From: Lysobacterales bacterium
Lineage (GTDB): Bacteria; Pseudomonadota; Gammaproteobacteria; Xanthomonadales; SZUA-38
Length of the DNA: 64,000 bases
Direction: 5' to 3'
Assembly: GCA_028285525.1 (NCBI GenBank)
Contig: JANQOZ010000020.1
Coordinates: 3,663-67,662 of the forward strand
Made by a program: the position numbers and the translations under genes
The notes under the pieces: model-generated
Told to the model about the DNA's origin: nothing
Seen by the model: the letters and a program-made list of their open reading frames with translations, nothing else
The model's database searches: none
Part shown: piece after piece, positions 61,337 through 64,000 of the stretch
Layout: each line of letters opens with the position of its first letter
How positions within the stretch are numbered: the first letter of the stretch is position 1

Positions 61337-61344
61337 TGTGAGGC
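61337..61344. repeat. 8-bp direct repeat TGTGAGGC, right copy
   Basis: Identical to 51046-51053; abuts the amn stop codon. Confidence 0.45.
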
Positions 61345-62130
61345 TCAGTACTGAAAGTGTTTGATCTTCTCGCCGGTTTTGCCGATGTCCGTCATCGACT
61401 CGATGCCGAGGTTCAGATGCATGTCCACCCAGTTCTGGGTCACCGCACGATCGGATTCCTCGGTCTTGACGCCGTCGGGCGTCGTCGGCACGTCCGACAC
61501 CAGCAGCAGGGCGCCGCGGGAGATTTCGTTCTTATGGCCGACAATAAATAACGTAGCCGTCTCCATATCGATGCCGATGCAGGTCATCTGCCGCAGCCGC
61601 TCGTGGAAGCCGTCGTCATGCTCCCAGACTCGCCGGTTGGTCGTGTAGATCACGCCGGTCCGGTAGTCCAGTCCGTGGGCCCGAAGTTTTTCCGATACAA
61701 ACTTGTGGAGCTTGAAGGACGGCAGCGCCGGCACCATCGGGTCGAGGTAGTCGTCGCTCGTGCCCTCCCCCCGGATGGCGGCAATCGGCAGGATGAAATG
61801 GCCGATCTCGGTCGATTTCTTGAGGCCGCCGCATTTGCCCAGAAACAGCACACCCTTGGGATGCACCGCCGTCAGCAGATCCATCATGGTGGCGGCGTTA
61901 GGCGAACCCATCCCGAAGTTGATGATGGTCAGGCCGTCACTGTTGGTCGCGGCCTGCATCGGACGCCCCTCTCCATAGAGCTCGCAGCTGAATCGCTCGC
62001 AGAAGGTGGTGACGTAGTTGGAGAAGTTGGTCAGCAGCACCCAGTCGCCAAACTTTTCCAGCGGCATGGAGGTATAGCGAGGGAGCCAATTGCGGGTGAT
62101 GTCGAGTTTATTGATCACAGGTTGTTCCAA
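61345..62130 (-). CDS. amn: AMP nucleosidase (short form)
   Basis: NWLPRYT, LLTNF, GMGSPNA, LGKCGGL, IRGEGTS, TTNRRVWE, DMETAT. Confidence 0.88.
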   Translation of the reverse strand: MEQPVINKLDITRNWLPRYTSMPLEKFGDWVLLTNFSNYVTTFCERFSCELYGEGRPMQAATNSDGLTIINFGMGSPNAATMMDLLTAVHPKGVLFLGKCGGLKKSTEIGHFILPIAAIRGEGTSDDYLDPMVPALPSFKLHKFVSEKLRAHGLDYRTGVIYTTNRRVWEHDDGFHERLRQMTCIGIDMETATLFIVGHKNEISRGALLLVSDVPTTPDGVKTEESDRAVTQNWVDMHLNLGIESMTDIGKTGEKIKHFQY

Positions 62131-62253
62131 AATTCTGGTGTATTGTAACGCAGCGCTTTCAGCCTGCGGCAGCAGCGTTACAATAGCGAGTCACGCAGCG
62201 CTGCCGGCGGCAACCCCGGATCGGCAAGCCCCGATAAGAAGCACCACCGACAC

Positions 62254-62976
62254 ATGAGGAAGGCAGCAGAACGACCCGCAATTCCGGCGCCCGGCGGCGG
62301 CGACAACAGCGGCCGGCGCACGGTACGGAGTTTCGTTTTGCGGGGTCGGACCACCGGCGCGCAGGAAGAGGCGCTGACCACCCACTGGCAGACCTACGGC
62401 CTCGAACCCGAGGCGGGGAAGCCGCTCGCTCTCCTCGCCTCGCCGTCCTCACCGGCCGTTATGGAAATCGGGATCGGCAATGGCGAGGCGCTGATCGCGA
62501 TGGCGTCGGCCGATCCTGGTTCCCTGTATCTCGGCGTTGAGGTTCACCGGCCAGGTCTCGGGGCCGCGCTGCTCGACATCCAGGCGCGCTGCCTTAAGAA
62601 CGTGCGGCTGCTGTGTCACGACGCCTGCGACCTGCTGGCCCATCACGTGCCGGCCGGCAGTCTGGCCGGAGTCAGACTGTATTTTCCTGACCCGTGGCCC
62701 AAGACCCGTCACCACAAGCGCCGGATTGTGCAGCCGGACTTCGTGCAGCACGTGGCCCGGGCGCTCGCGCCCGGCGGCCTGTTTCACCTGGCGACCGACT
62801 GGCAGCCCTATGCCGAGCACATGGTGGCGATCATCGAGCCCTCGAAGGAGCTCCGGAACCTGGCCGGGCCGGGGCAGCCATCGCCGCGACCCGAATGGCG
62901 GCCGGAGACGCGGTTTGAAAAACGCGGCCTGAAGCTGGGCCATCAGGTGACCGACCTGATCTACCAGCGCCGCTGA
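62254..62976 (+). CDS. trmB: tRNA (guanine-N7) methyltransferase
   Basis: VRSFVLRG, EIGIGNG, GVEVH, FPDPWPKTRHHKRR, ATDW, TRFE. Confidence 0.95.
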   Translation: MRKAAERPAIPAPGGGDNSGRRTVRSFVLRGRTTGAQEEALTTHWQTYGLEPEAGKPLALLASPSSPAVMEIGIGNGEALIAMASADPGSLYLGVEVHRPGLGAALLDIQARCLKNVRLLCHDACDLLAHHVPAGSLAGVRLYFPDPWPKTRHHKRRIVQPDFVQHVARALAPGGLFHLATDWQPYAEHMVAIIEPSKELRNLAGPGQPSPRPEWRPETRFEKRGLKLGHQVTDLIYQRR

Positions 62977-62979
62977 CCG

Positions 62980-64000
62980 ATGGGTGGCGACCTCGTCCTA
63001 ACCACCGAAATGATCCAGGTCCTGGCGGTGCTTGGCGTGACGGTCGTGCTGTTTGTCCTGGAAATCCTGCGGGTGGACGTGGTCGCGCTTTGCGCTCTGG
63101 TGGCCATCGGGCTGCTGGGGCTGCTGCCCTCCGACCAACTCTTCGCCGGATTCGCCAGTAACGCCGTGATCTCGATTATCGCGGTGATGATCATCGGGAC
63201 CGGTCTCGACCGGACCGGCGTGATGGCGGTCGTGGCGTCGATGATTTTGCGCCTCGGCGGCCGCACGGAAACGCGCATCATCCCGCTGGTCTCGGGCACG
63301 GTGGGCGTGATCTCCGGCTTTATGCAGAACGTTGGGGCCACCGCTCTCTTCCTGCCCGTGATCAGCCGCATCGCCAGCCGCAGCCAGATCAGCCTGAGCC
63401 GACTCCTGATGCCGATGGGCTTCTGCGCAATCCTCGGCGGTACGCTGACGATGGTGGGTTCCTCCCCGTTGATCCTGCTCAACGACCTGATCCAGAACTC
63501 CAATCGCAACCTGCCGCCCGGCGCCGACACCGTCACAACGTTCCACCTGTTTTCGGTCACGCCTATCGGGCTGATTCTCCTGGCCTCTGGGATCCTGTTC
63601 TTTCTGCTGTTCGGTCGCTTTTTGCTGCCCGCCAGCCAGGTGCTGGAGAAAACCCGGCCAGGCCGGACCCGCAGCTACTTCGCGCAGCTTTACGGCGTAA
63701 AGGGTGACGTTTACGAGCTGCTGGTGACCTCCGAGAGCCAGCTGGTCGGCCTGACCATTGGTGAGGCAGAGGTGCTGGAGGGCGCACCGTCGCTGGTGGC
63801 GATCCGCAACGGCGATGAGCAGCATCTGGCGCCGGCCTCCGAGGAAATGATCTGGGTCGGCACGGTGCTGGGGGCCATGGGAGAGCGCGAGCAGATCGGC
63901 GAGTTTGCCGAGGCCAACGAGCTTGTCGTGCGGCCACGTCTGGTGAGCTTCGGGGCCCTGCTCAATCCCTCCCGTGCAGGCATCGCGGAGAGCGTGATCA
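62980..64000 (+). CDS. SLC13/TrkA-C family permease, 3' truncated by window edge
   Basis: My translation from ATG 62980 (absent from ORF track): LFVLEILRVDVVA, GFASNAVISIIAVMIIG, FMQNVGA, ILGGTLTMVGSSPLI. Confidence 0.88.
   Translation, partial: MGGDLVLTTEMIQVLAVLGVTVVLFVLEILRVDVVALCALVAIGLLGLLPSDQLFAGFASNAVISIIAVMIIGTGLDRTGVMAVVASMILRLGGRTETRIIPLVSGTVGVISGFMQNVGATALFLPVISRIASRSQISLSRLLMPMGFCAILGGTLTMVGSSPLILLNDLIQNSNRNLPPGADTVTTFHLFSVTPIGLILLASGILFFLLFGRFLLPASQVLEKTRPGRTRSYFAQLYGVKGDVYELLVTSESQLVGLTIGEAEVLEGAPSLVAIRNGDEQHLAPASEEMIWVGTVLGAMGEREQIGEFAEANELVVRPRLVSFGALLNPSRAGIAESVI

Overview
GC-rich bacterial chromosomal segment, most consistent with a Xanthomonadales/Wenzhouxiangella-like gammaproteobacterium (inferred from gene repertoire). 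It holds about 55 CDS and one tRNA-Gly(CCC); I saw no integrase, transposase or CRISPR. Housekeeping and metabolic genes: kynurenine operon (haaO-kynU-kmo-kynA), panB, glk, ilvY-ilvC, lemA-M48 protease, lgt-thyA, proS-prmC, apaH, folA, amn, trmB. There are also two c-di-GMP enzymes, an OmpR-type two-component pair and an ArsR-carbonic anhydrase-SulP operon. Most interesting signals: (1) a ~10.3 kb catabolic block (hydantoinase/oxoprolinase A+B, rhodanese/MST, RraA-like protein, LysR, TonB-dependent receptor, MFS). It is bounded by an exact 8-bp direct repeat and has a shared TTAT-N8-ATMA box in front of three promoters. (2) A candidate sRNA with a 6-unit, 11-12 bp phased operator next to the two-component system. 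(3) A structured 5' leader with mutually exclusive pairings upstream of a TPR + DPP-III operon. (4) A DHFR fused to an extra C-terminal domain. (5) A secreted beta-propeller protein with a possible C-terminal sorting/anchoring domain. All product calls come from motif recognition by eye; no database searches were run.
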